A stretch of DNA of 61,967 bases, filler included, from Dimargaris cristalligena (lineage: Eukaryota): NCBI GenBank assembly GCA_003614675.1. It is 15 parts of 15 records of this genome, joined end to end, with 100 filler letters (N's around TTAATTAATTAA, not from the genome) between each part and the next. Parts side by side here need not be neighbours in the genome. Positions count along the whole stretch, not along the records: positions 37,426 to 41,454 come from ML003842.1; positions 41,555 to 45,578 come from ML003843.1; positions 45,679 to 49,694 come from ML003844.1; 12 more parts are not named here. One strand, 5' to 3'. Shown here piece after piece: positions 37,481-49,794 of this stretch. A program made the position numbers and the translations under genes. The notes under the pieces were generated by a model. The model worked only from the letters and a program-made list of their open reading frames with translations, ran no database searches and was not told where the DNA came from. How positions within the stretch are numbered: the first letter of the stretch is position 1; each line of letters begins with the position of its first letter.

Positions 37481-40400
37481 TCCTGGACAAAATTTCACCC
37501 CCAAAGCCCTGATTTCAAAGGAGAATTCAATTCAACAGGCCCATATCAACTTAGGCCACAATTATTATCCCTTCCTGATTTAGGCAGCCAAGTCTGGCCT
37601 ACTGCCAGGTGTTGATTTAACTACTTCCAAGGATATCCAACCTTATGAAACCTGTTTAATTAACAAGGCAACTCACCTACCCTTCTCTGGTAGGCTGGAC
37701 CCTGTGTTCTCTATACTGGAGGTAATTTACACTGACGTAGCTGGTCCTATGCCTGTCAGAACAATGAAAGGACAATACTACTTTGTCTCTTTTATTGACC
37801 AGTTTTCAAGAATGGCTTATGTCAGTTTTATTAAACACAAATCTGATGTACCCCAGGTACTGGACTGGTATCTAAAGTATGTGAATAATCAGTTTGGTAA
37901 ATTCCCCAAAGAAATCCATTCTGATAATGATGGTGAGTATATCTCCCATCAATTCACTACTATCCTCAAGGAGCATGGAATTACTCATTCCACTACTGTA
38001 CCTTATTCCCCTCAACAAAATGGCATTGCTGAAAGGTTCAATCGAACTATTCACTCTACTGTGAAATGTATGCTTAATGAAAAGGGTTTACCTAAATCCC
38101 TTTGGGGGGAAGCCCTTCTGGCCGCTACCATGATTTGGAATAGAATCCCTAGTCCTAAAATTGGTAATGACACTCCCCATTTATGCTGGTATGGCCAACA
38201 GCCAGATCTTACACTATTTCACCAGTTTGGGTCTGAGGCAATCATCAAAACCAACAATCCTCACTCTCAAAAGTTACAACCAACTTTAAGGAAGCTCCTC
38301 TACGTGGGGCTGACTGCTAACCTGAAAAACTATAAGTTTTTTGACCCCCAGTCAAACAAGGTCATTATCAGTCGTGATGCGCATTTTTTGCCCAATTCCC
38401 TGGCTTCCTGGACTCTAGAACAGCCATCCCCATCAAAAACCATCCAAAATCAAGCCCAGAATACTTCCAGTCGCTACTTTTACCTCCCTGATGAGGACCC
38501 AGGCTTAAATTTACCTATTCATGTATCCCATGCATCTCATGCACCTCCTGCAGCAGTGATTGTACCCACGACAATGGATATTTCTAACTAATCCAACTAT
38601 AGTTCTGAAATTTATCCAGTAGTATCCACTGTACCCCAGGTCACCAATACAGATGATCTTAGCATGGAATTAAGCCCACACACTTTAAGTGGCATCCCTG
38701 TAGACCCAAATCTTGATCCAAATGACTGGGAACTCAAATCTGAACTCAGGGAATCCAATATATCCCAACAGGTCCCTGTACCTATCCAATTCAACTACAG
38801 AACACCTATCCCCAGCCCCCCAGTTATTCCCTTAAAAAGGAATCATTCCAAAAGGTCAAAACAACTCCAATTGGCAACTCCTTGACTATCTAAGCATATT
38901 TGTGGTATTCCTCCCTCTCCCAACTCTAACCCTCCTTCAAATCTAGCTTTTCTGGCCATGGATGGTCCACAATCTTACTCCCTGGCTATGAAGGATCAGT
39001 TCCATAAGGAATGGCAGTTGGCCATTGACCTTGAACTCAAATCTATGGCTGAAAATGAAGTCTGGGACTTAGTACCTTGCCCAAAAACCTCCAAAGTTTT
39101 ACCCTATTATTGGGTTTTTGTTACCAAGTTGTACCCTGATGGTACTATTGAGTATCACAAGGCTCAATTAGTTGTGAAGGGATTCCATTAGTGTGAAGGA
39201 ATTGACTACAATGAAACCTTTGCACCTGTAGTTCATTACTCTAGCATCAGGATTCTCTTGGCACTTGTTGCTAAGTATCACCTTTTTATTCATCAAATGG
39301 ACATAAAAACTGCATTTTTGAATGGTAAAATTGATAAGGAAGTTTTTATTGAACCTCCTGAGGGATCCCAGATCCCCAAACACTCTGTCTACAAGCTTAA
39401 CCATAGCCTATATGGACTTAAGCAATCTCCAAGACTCTGGAATCAAACTCTTGACGAGTTTTTGCTATCCTGTGACTTTTTAAAGTGTGAACTTGATCAT
39501 GGTATTTATGCCAAGATTCAAGGAAACCTATATACATACCTTGCTGTGTATGATAATGACATTCTGATTATCTCATCTGAGCTTTCTGGCATGAATTGGG
39601 TCAAACAACAACTCAATACCAGATTCTCAATGACTGATTAAGGGGAATTGAATTTCCTGCTTAAAATTCAAGTCTCCCAAATCAAGTCAACTAATGGCCA
39701 GCTATCATCCCTTTTTATCCACCTACAGAAATACATTTCTGACTTACTGGAGGACTATAGTATGGAATAGTGTAACTCTACAAGCACTCCCATGGAGCCT
39801 GGTTTCAAACCCTCACCTGCCACCGCCACTTGTGAGCTCACCAATGAACCTTACACCAATTTAATTGGGCCCCTGTTGTATTTATCAAATTGCACTAGAC
39901 CTGATATTACCTATGCTGTTCACAAGTTAAGTTCCTTTAATTCTAAACCCACAACTACCCACTGGCTTACTGCCAAAAGAATTCTACACTACCTTAAAGG
40001 TACCCTAGACTATGGAATTACCTTTGATGGTAAAAATTCAGGTTTAATTAGTTTTTGTGATAGCAATTTTGCCAATGATTCCTTTGATAGAAAATCCATT
40101 GGTGGCCATTTATTTCTACTGGCTGGTGGCCCTGTATCCTGGGCATCCAAGAAATAAACCCTAGTCACTACTTCTACTGCTGAAGCTGAGTAGATTGCTC
40201 TATCTGAAGCTACAAAGGAGGCAATTTAGATTAAACAGATCCTCCAATTTCTTGATTCTTTTTCTACATCTATTACTATTTACAGTGATAATATGGCATG
40301 TATCCTTATTGCAAAGAACCCTGTGAATTACAGTTACTCTAAGTATATTGATATTAAATTCCATATGGTTTGAGACTATATTGATGAAGGAATTATTGCC

Positions 40401-40743
40401 TTAAAACATGTACCTAGCACTGAACAAAAGACTGATTTTTTAATAAAACCTTTGAATATTCATCTCTTTTCATCCAACAAATAGGATATTATTACAATTC
40501 CCACTTGTAATAAAGGGGAATATTGAAGAATATATTCCTATGTATTCTTTATTCTATCCTATTTTTACCCAATTATGTTAGTTTATTCTGCTATCATTAG
40601 ATCATTCATGTTAGTCACTTATATTTCACCCCACAGAAATTACAGTTCAATAAATCTAACCACCTAGAGGTACCTATTGTCCTCTAGCTGCTTTCTTCCC
40701 TTACTTCCAGTTTTCTTTCCTTTACAACCTTAGTATTCTAATA
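37481..40743 (+). mobile_element. Decayed Ty1/Copia retrotransposon: GAG-pre-integrase, integrase, RT, RNase H, PPT and 3' LTR (40521-40743)
   Basis: Domain order IN-RT-RH. Motifs IYTDVAGP, HSDNDGEY, PQQNGIAERFNRT, HQMDIKTAFLNG, LYGLKQSPRLW, VYDND (from YVDD), TRPDI, FCDSNFA, SWASKK*. PPT TAAAGGGGAA; many premature stops. Confidence 0.97.
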
Positions 40744-41275
40744 AATGTGCCAAAATAGCCACCAGTTGGGCCCTCCAAATGGAGTCCCCAATGGTAGCTC
40801 TTATGAAAGAACAAAGCTCCCTTGGACTATGCTGTATTTACATTTAAGGTGGAGTCATTGATGCCAACTTCCATGGGGAAATCCAGGTACTCATGCATAA
40901 CCTCACAGCAGAGCCCGTCCACTTCCAACATGGTGATCATATTGCACAACTTGTCTTTCAATGTTACAAGTCCCCCCTACTCCTGGAAACCACCATGCTG
41001 AATGAAATGGAATGTGGTACTGCAGGTTTTGGCTCCACCAACACCCAGCCTACAGTTCTAGTGACCATGGTCCCCCCAGCCTAAATGTTACAAGACTAAC
41101 TGGATGACCCAGACATTAAGAACCTACATGATCAAATGGAGGATCAGACCTTTTGTAAATTCCACAGAAAAAATCAGACATTCATGATTGAAGAGTAACT
41201 CCTGTACCAGCAAGGCCCTGGTGGATGAAACTACCTAGTGTTACCTAAGTCCCACCGGGCTACCACCATTGATGC
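40744..41275 (+). pseudogene. dUTPase followed by the pre-integrase region of a Ty3/Gypsy-type pol, decayed
   Basis: KIATSWAL..EQSSLG..GGVIDANFHGEIQVL..GDHIAQLV..CGTAGFGST covers dUTPase motifs 2-5. It continues into FMIEE*LLYQQ...LVLPKSHRATTI, typical of the segment before the integrase zinc finger. Confidence 0.85.
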
Positions 41276-41454
41276 TGTAAAGAACTGAACTCAAATCCTT
41301 GAAAACTGAACTTTATTTGAAAAGATAGATAATAAAAGGGAAAGGTGATGATAGACTTGCTGTTCCAAGAGGTGGCAGCAAGGGGGAGTATTTATACTCA
41401 AAAGAGGAAGCCTAAATGAAAAGATAGATGAATAATAGAGAAAGGGAGAGAAGG
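41276..41454 (-). mobile_element. Family C LTR inserted into the dUTPase-bearing element
   Basis: Begins TGTAAAGAACTGAA; reverse complement of 4176-4312. Confidence 0.8.
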
Positions 41455-44400
41455 NNNNNNNNNNNNNNNNNNNNNNNNNNNNNNNNNNNNNNNNNNNNTT
41501 AATTAATTAANNNNNNNNNNNNNNNNNNNNNNNNNNNNNNNNNNNNNNNNNNNNTCTTGGCCCCAGACTGTTCCCATGGAAATACCTTGTCAATTGTCCA
41601 GGGACCTTGAATCCATCCAAAGTATGACCACTTCTTAGATTGGTAATGGGTACTGGTGCTTACATGGCTTCTGCCTAACTGCCCACGGCAGCACATATAG
41701 TGTGAAATAAGTAATGGAAGATCTAAGTGGTATGAATACTAGTAAACTAAGAGTATATTGGTTTCCTAACTGAGTACCCTTTATATAGTCTTATAAAGTC
41801 TATTGCATAGAGGTTGAGATGTTAGCCTTGTAACCCAGAGGACTGCATATAATTAGTTCTCTACCAAATGCAGCTGAGTTCATCATTCTTTGATGACTGG
41901 GGTATCTGACTGGTCAGCCCCCTGGTTAATTGTATTCATGGCTAAGTTATCCTCTGGCAAGGATACTACCTTGTCATAATTAGTAAGGCTAGTGTTGGCC
42001 ACTGGTGGGGAACTCATGTTTTCCTCAGCTGCTGGGATAGATGTAACATTGCCAACTGATCATAGGCAGAAGATCTAGTATAATGCCAATATCAAGTCAG
42101 ATTAAATTGAAGCATTTACTATAAGCTGAGCTGTTTCAATAAAAAAATGTGGCTGAACAGTGGGCTTGAGTGGCCAGTGTGGGGGGTTGCTATAGTTCCT
42201 GTGTGGTTACTTGAGCCCCTTAACCAATTCCAAAAATGACGCAAAGTGATTTCCAGCATACAACTGAGTTTCAATACCTCAACCTGACCCCAGTTGATAC
42301 AAGGGGGTGGGCTACTTTGGTACTACAATGGAGGGGTTTATTTTGTGAACTTCAAGAGCAGTAGAGCCATTGGCCATTTAATGCATGACTGGAGTAGATT
42401 ATATAATGTCTGGTTTTCTCTAGAGGGATTGATCTGGTGATTTAGCCAGTGGTGGTGATGGCTGTTGCCAGCTGCTATTTGTGGCTTACGATAACATCAT
42501 ATCACAGATAGCAGAAATTGAGGGTAGCTATTGTGAGGGATTTGCCGGCCTCTGAGTTATAGAATCTGTGGGACGAAATAAATGGATTTCAAATAATACA
42601 TAACCGCCACAGCATTGGCCACCAACGATAAACTCACCAAAGTGACCTCCAAAATACATGCCCATGAACCTCCTTTTAATATCCTTTATATATTATATTT
42701 GAACCACCATCAGGCCCATCAGTGTCTACGGCATGTATACGTTATAATAAATGTACACACACTCGAACATGGTCTCATGATTAACCGCAATTCCTTGGAA
42801 CTGTAGTAACTCTGGTAGGAGTTGCTGTCAATAGTCTAACCGGATATATTGCCTCGGGTTCTTCCTGCAGCAGTGCCAAAAAAAGACCACCAAATCCTCA
42901 GCCATGTGCCTATAAGACCGAGGCTTTGGGACACACATAGGCTATACATATAGTTTGATTGCATGCATCCATTCTGCCAGATATTCAGGTTTCCTCTCAA
43001 TACTGTCCTCTAGTGAGGGCTGATATCCACCTAGTGGGTCGAGGTAGGTCTCTAGTCCAAATTATGCATGGGCAGGAGTCAAGCCAATGGGATGCTGTGG
43101 TGGGTTGGGGAAGGGTGGGGAGAGGCATAAATCGAAGGGCGTAAGATAAAGGGGCGTCCTTCTGTACTGTCAGTTGCTGGACTAGGAGTTTGCTTTTATC
43201 AAGGTATAACAAGCTGCCGCCGGGATGGCCGACCAAAAACATATGAAACGAGACAACCATATTAAAAGGGAATTGAGAACAACAACCATGCAATAGAATT
43301 TTAGATGACTATATAAAGGGTGTTTAGCCAGGTATCCGCTATCCCCTTAGTTAACTAGCAATAATACCACTCCTATATTCCTTCATTCTATTATTTACGA
43401 TTTACATCCTATATAAAACCCGCTCATTATGTTTGTTTATCTAACAATAGTATTCCCTATTATTACATGTTTCAAAAAAATACGCCACACTAGACACTCA
43501 TTATTCATCAATAATTTATACACTCACTGACTCATTCATTAACATCATTTAAATGAGTTCAGAATACCCCTGTGTGATCTAAGAGAATCTCGGACCAGTA
43601 GTGAAGGTGGGTAGAGTAGACCTTCAAGTGTTAACTGTTGGGCCAGTGTTTTGAGGCCCCTCCCTTTCAGGGCTAAGGCTGGGGTTAGACCCATTGTTCT
43701 CCCCGGGATTGGCAGGGTCACTGGATGTCAGGTTTGGAGGGCTCAAGGCACTTGGGCGAATCATGGAGAACCTAGGAAATGGTCCCTCAGCTATTCGGGT
43801 TGGGTCATAACTGTGCTCAGAGGTTGAACTGGGATATGGTGCAAAATGTTCAAAGAGAAGCAGTCCTAAACTCCTGTCATCGGAGTTGGGCACTGGAGGA
43901 GCCACGGTGGCTACATGCTAAAAAAAAATAAGATAATGAAATTAAGAAAACAAAAAATTGACTTCCGGTTGAAGTGCTTGACTGATGCTGCGTAAAATAC
44001 TGAGTGAAGTTAAAGTAGATATTTATTCTGAATAATAAAAACTTATCTCAAAGATAACTTGCCATTTTAAGGGCCGACTGGAGAGACTATATATATGCAA
44101 AATAATACTATGAATTTGGAGCTATACTACGACTTCAGGACATTGTCCTCGGATGGACAGACAACTATAATACCACAAAGGGAAAAACTAGTTGGGTCTT
44201 CAAGTTTGAACACTGTGGAAAATTGGAAGAAAAAGATAAGTGGAAAAATAATGGAAAATGGATTCGCCTTGGATCTGTCAGGGCATTCCTTGAATGAAAA
44301 CAAGAATATGAGTAAATGGAAGATAAAGTTGCCTCAGATCCATCAGGGCATTTCTTCAATGTAGTTTATGGAAGACTTTGACATCACTCCCTCATCCCCA

Positions 44401-44761
44401 TGTGAGTGTTGTTCACTGCAAAGGCATAACTACGTATCTGGAGTGTGTGGCATCATGGGGTGGAGTATAATGACCAATTGGTCTCACAGAGAAGGAAAAT
44501 CATCCTGACCCTGGCAGTACATTAACCAGGAAGACTGGTATATGATTCCCATAATAAATGTATACCCAATTGGGTGGCAATAAAGGTAATTGGGCTGGTT
44601 TTAATAGGGTAAGTTAATCTGCAGCCAGAGGTTAATATCAATATTACCAATAAATTTTAGTTTTAAAAAATTATATGCAGCTATTAGTCATTGGTGAAAG
44701 GTATCTGTGTTGCTGTTAGATTAGAGGATAAAAGGAGTGGTTTTATTAGAGATATATAGTG

Positions 44762-45570
44762 TGTTGCCAACCATTTAAGGGGCTCTGCTGGTTTGTCTTT
44801 GGGAGTGTCAGCAGGAGGGGGAACCTCTGGTTTCTTTCCACTGGATGGGTCACCATATTTCATCATATAGTGTGGAGGGTTAGACTTTGCTGGATTTGAG
44901 GGGGGTCAAGACCAAGGTGGCCTTGGGGAAGTCACCACTGAATTTCTGGTCATCCATCACATTATATGTCATTGTCTTGCATTGACGGTTGATAAGAAAA
45001 ATAAAATAACCTAAATAGGTTATAATCAAACAGTATAACCAATTCAGTACTCAGAGATACCACAACTTTGAACTAAGTTAATGAAAGTGAACAAATAGGA
45101 GTAGTAGCAATAAAATAATCAATAATGGAACTGGGTAAAAGGTTAATTGTTAATATCATATGGTGAAGTTAAAACAGATATTTATTTATTTATCTTGAAA
45201 CTAACTTGTCCCTTCAACTGAGGGGATGCTGCTAAGGTATATATAAGAAATTGACCAGACTAAATAACTATAGCTAAGAATAAAACTGCAATAATTGTAG
45301 GTCATAAAAAACCTGTAATAGGAAAAAAATTGACCTACTGGCTAAACTATGGTCATGAATATGTTAAATGGAAGTAAAATGTAGAAATTGGAAGGTTGGA
45401 AGATGCAGTCTTCCCAGTCCTCCTTCATGTCGGATATTGATAAAACTAATAAAAAGAGTTCATGCTAAGTAGTTGTATAGTATAATTCCAAGAAGGAATC
45501 CACTGGAGGCTAGTTATTCCTAAGCCCCACTCATAAAGGATTGTCAATAATATAAAAGTAGTGATATGAA
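44762..45570 (-). repeat. Family H repeat, CpG-depleted copy; a further piece lies at 41556-41695
   Basis: Reverse-complement homolog of about 5225-6040. Confidence 0.85.
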
Positions 45571-46202
45571 CTATCGCANNNNNNNNNNNNNNNNNNNNNN
45601 NNNNNNNNNNNNNNNNNNNNNNTTAATTAATTAANNNNNNNNNNNNNNNNNNNNNNNNNNNNNNNNNNNNNNNNNNNNTTACAAAAATGGAAACGGAAGG
45701 ACGGTGGTCCATTTCTCCCAATGGGAGCAACATCGGTACGGCGGTGAAACCCCAAATTGAAAACTGAGTTGTACATGCCCCCATTCATCATGGAATATTC
45801 GAACTTTCACAGAATACTATGGCTAGTGTGATCCATTGGCGCTTTCCCTTTATCTAACTCCCAGTGGCCTGCACCAAGTCTACAACATTTATATATGCTT
45901 CTCTTCACCAAGACCCCTCCCCAGTTTTACTTTGTCAATTCCCTACAAAATTTACATTGCCACTACGCTATCTGCGAGGCCCTCACCCATAAACCACACT
46001 ACCTCCACTTAATCCCATATTTCCTATTCCACCAAGCCATCTACACCACAAAATGTCAACCAGTAAATTTTCCAGTGGTATTGTCACCACAGTCTACCTG
46101 CTGTCGCTTGTTGTCACCACTACGGCGTCCGATGCGAGTGGGTCCAACCCAAATTGACCAAATAAAGACTCGACCGAATACGGCGTTGGCGATGTTCATC
46201 CA

Positions 46203-47027
46203 ATGAAAGGTCTTGTCTCTTGGGTTCAGTCCCCAGTGAAACCCCAAGAATATCCAGCGGACTATGTGAGCCGCCAATATTATCCAAACTATTTAGCAGG
46301 CCAAACACCCCCGCCTCCATCCCCCGGATTTCCACCAGGGAACATATTGTCTGACACTATTCCCAACAATGGGGCCGCGGAGCCAGAGGTCATTGGCGAG
46401 GACATGCGTGATGTTTTTACTTTCAATCGGAACCCCCAAAGTGACTCATTTACCTCACAGTTTTATCCCATGAATCCCTCCACCTTTACTAGCACCAGTG
46501 ACTCGGACTACACATTTTCCAGCAATGAGCCGGACAGTATCCAAAGCAACAGTGGCATCGGACAATTCCAGTCCTCATTTTCGGCGAGCCATTCGAATAA
46601 ACTACAAAGCACTCGTAAGCGCAATTCTCTCAACGACTTTGACCGGGCCTCAAGAACTAAGCGTATCAATTCTAAAGCACTGGCAATGTCATCAAAGGAA
46701 AGTACTGCTCTGTGTGGTGAACTATCTTCAGCTGCCTTCCCAGATGGATTTGGCGGTTATACTCAAAAGGACATGAGAATATCCCCTAGGGTTGCTTTAG
46801 ACAGTTTCAAGGCCGACATCGATCGACGTCTACTGAATAGGGACATTACGGGCATCCCTGTTGAAAAATTACGCCCGAGAAGTTTCGACCAGAAATTATC
46901 CATTTTCTTTATAACTAATAAGGAAAAACTAATGTCACCCTCTCTTATCTATATCCTCGACGTGTCAGCCGAAGACAAATCTATCGTCCCTCATTTTTTT
47001 TACTGGCGAATTTGGCTACCAATGTGA
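46203..47027 (+). CDS. Hypothetical protein, 274 aa, probably frameshifted or truncated at the 3' end
   Basis: Long ORF with a low-complexity N-half and a globular-looking C-part (SLIYILDVSAEDKSIVPHFF) ending at a T8 run. Confidence 0.5.
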   Translation: MKGLVSWVQSPVKPQEYPADYVSRQYYPNYLAGQTPPPPSPGFPPGNILSDTIPNNGAAEPEVIGEDMRDVFTFNRNPQSDSFTSQFYPMNPSTFTSTSDSDYTFSSNEPDSIQSNSGIGQFQSSFSASHSNKLQSTRKRNSLNDFDRASRTKRINSKALAMSSKESTALCGELSSAAFPDGFGGYTQKDMRISPRVALDSFKADIDRRLLNRDITGIPVEKLRPRSFDQKLSIFFITNKEKLMSPSLIYILDVSAEDKSIVPHFFYWRIWLPM

Positions 47028-48098
47028 TCAATTAGGGAATAGTGGAACGCAAGTTTCCGACTCTGCTCGAATTAGTCTAATACCCGTCTACAATACTCTT
47101 AGTGGAATGGAAGCGGCATTTGAGGAGTCCATTGCCAAGTATATATCTAAGAATAATAATAATAATAATAATTAGTAGTAAATCATAAATGAAAGTATAA
47201 TGGAATGTCTCTTTCGTTTTATAAATGTTAGTCTATGGAGCTAATTGTTACATATATTGCCATGCAGTCCTAAACTAGTTTATAATAATGAATGGCATAG
47301 GCTGTATAAACCATTTATAATGCCTAGTGAGATTAGCACACCAATGGAAGTGAACATAAAATATGTACTGTTGGGAAAGGCGTGTCTAATAATTGTATAT
47401 ATGGGTGGCAACAGGCAGAGTATATGAATTTATCCCAGTAGCATGATGGGGGCATTTTTAAACAATTAGGCACTTTGCATAGTTGTAGTCCCTGAACTTG
47501 GGGAACCAGGGGGATTCATATGTGGTCCTGTCCGGTTGAGGAAAGCCGGGCCATAGTAGGAGGGGGTCAACCCAAACAGCCAGTCCACTGGGAATTGAGA
47601 CTGGGAAGTCAGGGACAATGTTGAAGTCTTCAGTGGGGAAACTGAACAATGATGGGAAGTACAAACTATGGTAATAGCAAAAAACAAGCAATACCTTATT
47701 TTCTAAAGGTAATATAATAATCCTATAAAGTTGAAACAAGAATAACATACATAGGGAATCACAGTTACTTGCAATCTCACCCTCGTCGATTCATTCTCTG
47801 AACCTATAAATAAAGGATGCCTTTTAAAGAGTTACTTATTTGCAAATGACGGTAGATCAATGGATATCGGAATTATGTATAAGACTACATTCCTTGTTTT
47901 CAAAATAAAATCAATGGATTTAAATACCAGGAATTGCAGAACTAGAATATATTTACCTGGTGACTGCCTGATCACCAGTAAAGTCTCTTTAATAGTGGTG
48001 ACCTCTACTGTCGAAACAGTTCCAATTTTGGTGGTTTACTATTTACCTATAGTTTCAGAGGTGACTATATAATAATTTGTTGGGGTCAATGGTGATTT

Positions 48099-48358
48099 TG
48101 TTGGAAATATAGATTTGATGGTAAACACAAGTGCCTTCAGATACAACTAAAATGATTGGAAGAAGCGAGAAAGAACTGCAAGGGGCAATACTAGATGCCT
48201 GTAGTTGGTTTTATTGTGTTGGAAATAGCAGTAATAATGATAAAAATGTTGTTCCGAGTATAGGGTGATATAATCATAGATGGAGTATAGTCCCGGGTAT
48301 TAGGATGGACTAATCAGAGTAAAGGATTTGGAGGGGCAGGAGAAATGAATTTCCAACA
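48099..48358 (-). mobile_element. Solo LTR family G (Copia-like, 260 bp)
   Basis: 10-bp inverted ends TGTTGGAAAT...ATTTCCAACA and a perfect 5-bp TSD GATTT. Confidence 0.92.
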
Positions 48359-48879
48359 GATTTCACTGCCACCACATTGTAAATGCTTATAGAAATAACT
48401 ATATTAATAAGAAATATATATTCCTCAATCTTTCACTTTGCAGTAATATATAAATACATTTCCATACAGTGCATGAGTTAATGTTATAAGTTCATTTCAC
48501 CTATCCTGATAACCCTATATCTCTTATTATATTGCCCTATACTGCGGTTGTTGCACCAGTGAATCTGACTTAATCAGGCTAAAACCTTACTGTGTAGCCT
48601 ACTGCTGTTAGGCTACACTGCACTGCATAACCTTACCAAGAAAATGTTGGAGATGTATTCTTGATAGAATTTGCAAGCTAACAAAATATATCAAAACAAT
48701 AACAAGAGGGAAAAGCTGTAAAGATATTCAAGAGAACCTCTTTACTTAGTTTTATTGAGAGACAACTGAATAGTTGATAGTAGAATATAGACAAAGTCAG
48801 GTAAGTAAAATAAATATGAACATGACCCCAGTTATGAGGTGTCCATTTTCTAGCTGAAAATACCTACTACAATAATAAT

Positions 48880-49320
48880 AACCTAGTTTATTACCCAGTT
48901 GCTACCATTATACCCCACCCTCTATACTCAGGTACTAATCCACATACCATCCCATTCCCATCAGAGTCTTCTAGGTACTAATAGCCTTTAATTGATATAT
49001 TCATTATTCCTTTGTATTCTTTAGTGTCCCTTTCTGGATAGCCCCACTGTGTCATTCAAGCATATAAATACCCCACCCAAGTTACAAACTGTTAGTTTGT
49101 CAATCTTTACATCCTTATACTTATCTAAATATACTATTATATATATAACCCCATAACCATAGAGGTGCATCAGTACTATCTATTACCACCATTATATTTG
49201 TTTATCCCCTATAACTATCAAGTAGTAAAGTATTAATCAAATGTTAATTCTGGGCTTGTATTTAATATGATACCCAACTATAGGGGTCTTGAGGGACTAG
49301 GGGTGATTAGCCTGTGCCAA
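48880..49320 (+). mobile_element. Highly degenerate family A-related LTR
   Basis: ccatcagagtcttctaggtactaatag and the terminal gggtcttgagggactaggggtgattagcctgtgcca resemble family A. Confidence 0.5.
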
Positions 49321-49531
49321 ATCTAGCAGAAATGCCCTAAATTCTGTAGCTTTTAGGTCTAGTATAGATTAATCCAAAAGTCATGTGGATATCTCCATAA
49401 ACCCAGAAATGATCAATATTTTGCAGCAGCTATGCAGTCATATTACTTGATCTATGATTAAGGCCCATCTCAAAGTGGCAGCAGCCACTGTGGTTATTTT
49501 ATCACATGGGCTATACTTAGTGTAGTGAACT

Positions 49532-49694
49532 TACCACATTTTTTACCTACTTTTATTTTTAATCCATTTTTCGCACTTATTGGAAGTACACCCCTGATGA
49601 GTGAATGAGCCCCTACCCCTACCCCTGACGAGTATGGTCATTTTACCTCCATTTTCATTATTATATTGTTTTTTCTATTATTATATTTTATACC
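49532..49694. mobile_element. Family E transposon end with subterminal CCCCTGA(C/T)GAGT repeats
   Basis: Starts TA-CCACATTTTTTACCTAC; reverse complement of 37426-37480 and 61913-61967. Confidence 0.6.
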
Positions 49695-49794
49695 NNNNNN
49701 NNNNNNNNNNNNNNNNNNNNNNNNNNNNNNNNNNNNNNTTAATTAATTAANNNNNNNNNNNNNNNNNNNNNNNNNNNNNNNNNNNNNNNNNNNN

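Noticed and set aside
37704..40500. In-frame TAA/TAG/TGA as evidence of an alternative genetic code or readthrough
   Set aside because: Stops are confined to TE relics, are of all three types and accompany catalytic-site mutations, while host genes use the standard code.
40893..41084. Host DUT1 gene
   Set aside because: Contains a stop codon, is CpG-stripped like the TEs, and continues into pol-like sequence.
49590..49640. CTGATGAG/CTGACGAG as hammerhead cores in family E (also at about 31236)
   Set aside because: No stem II followed by GAAA and no stem I; better explained as subterminal repeats or chance.
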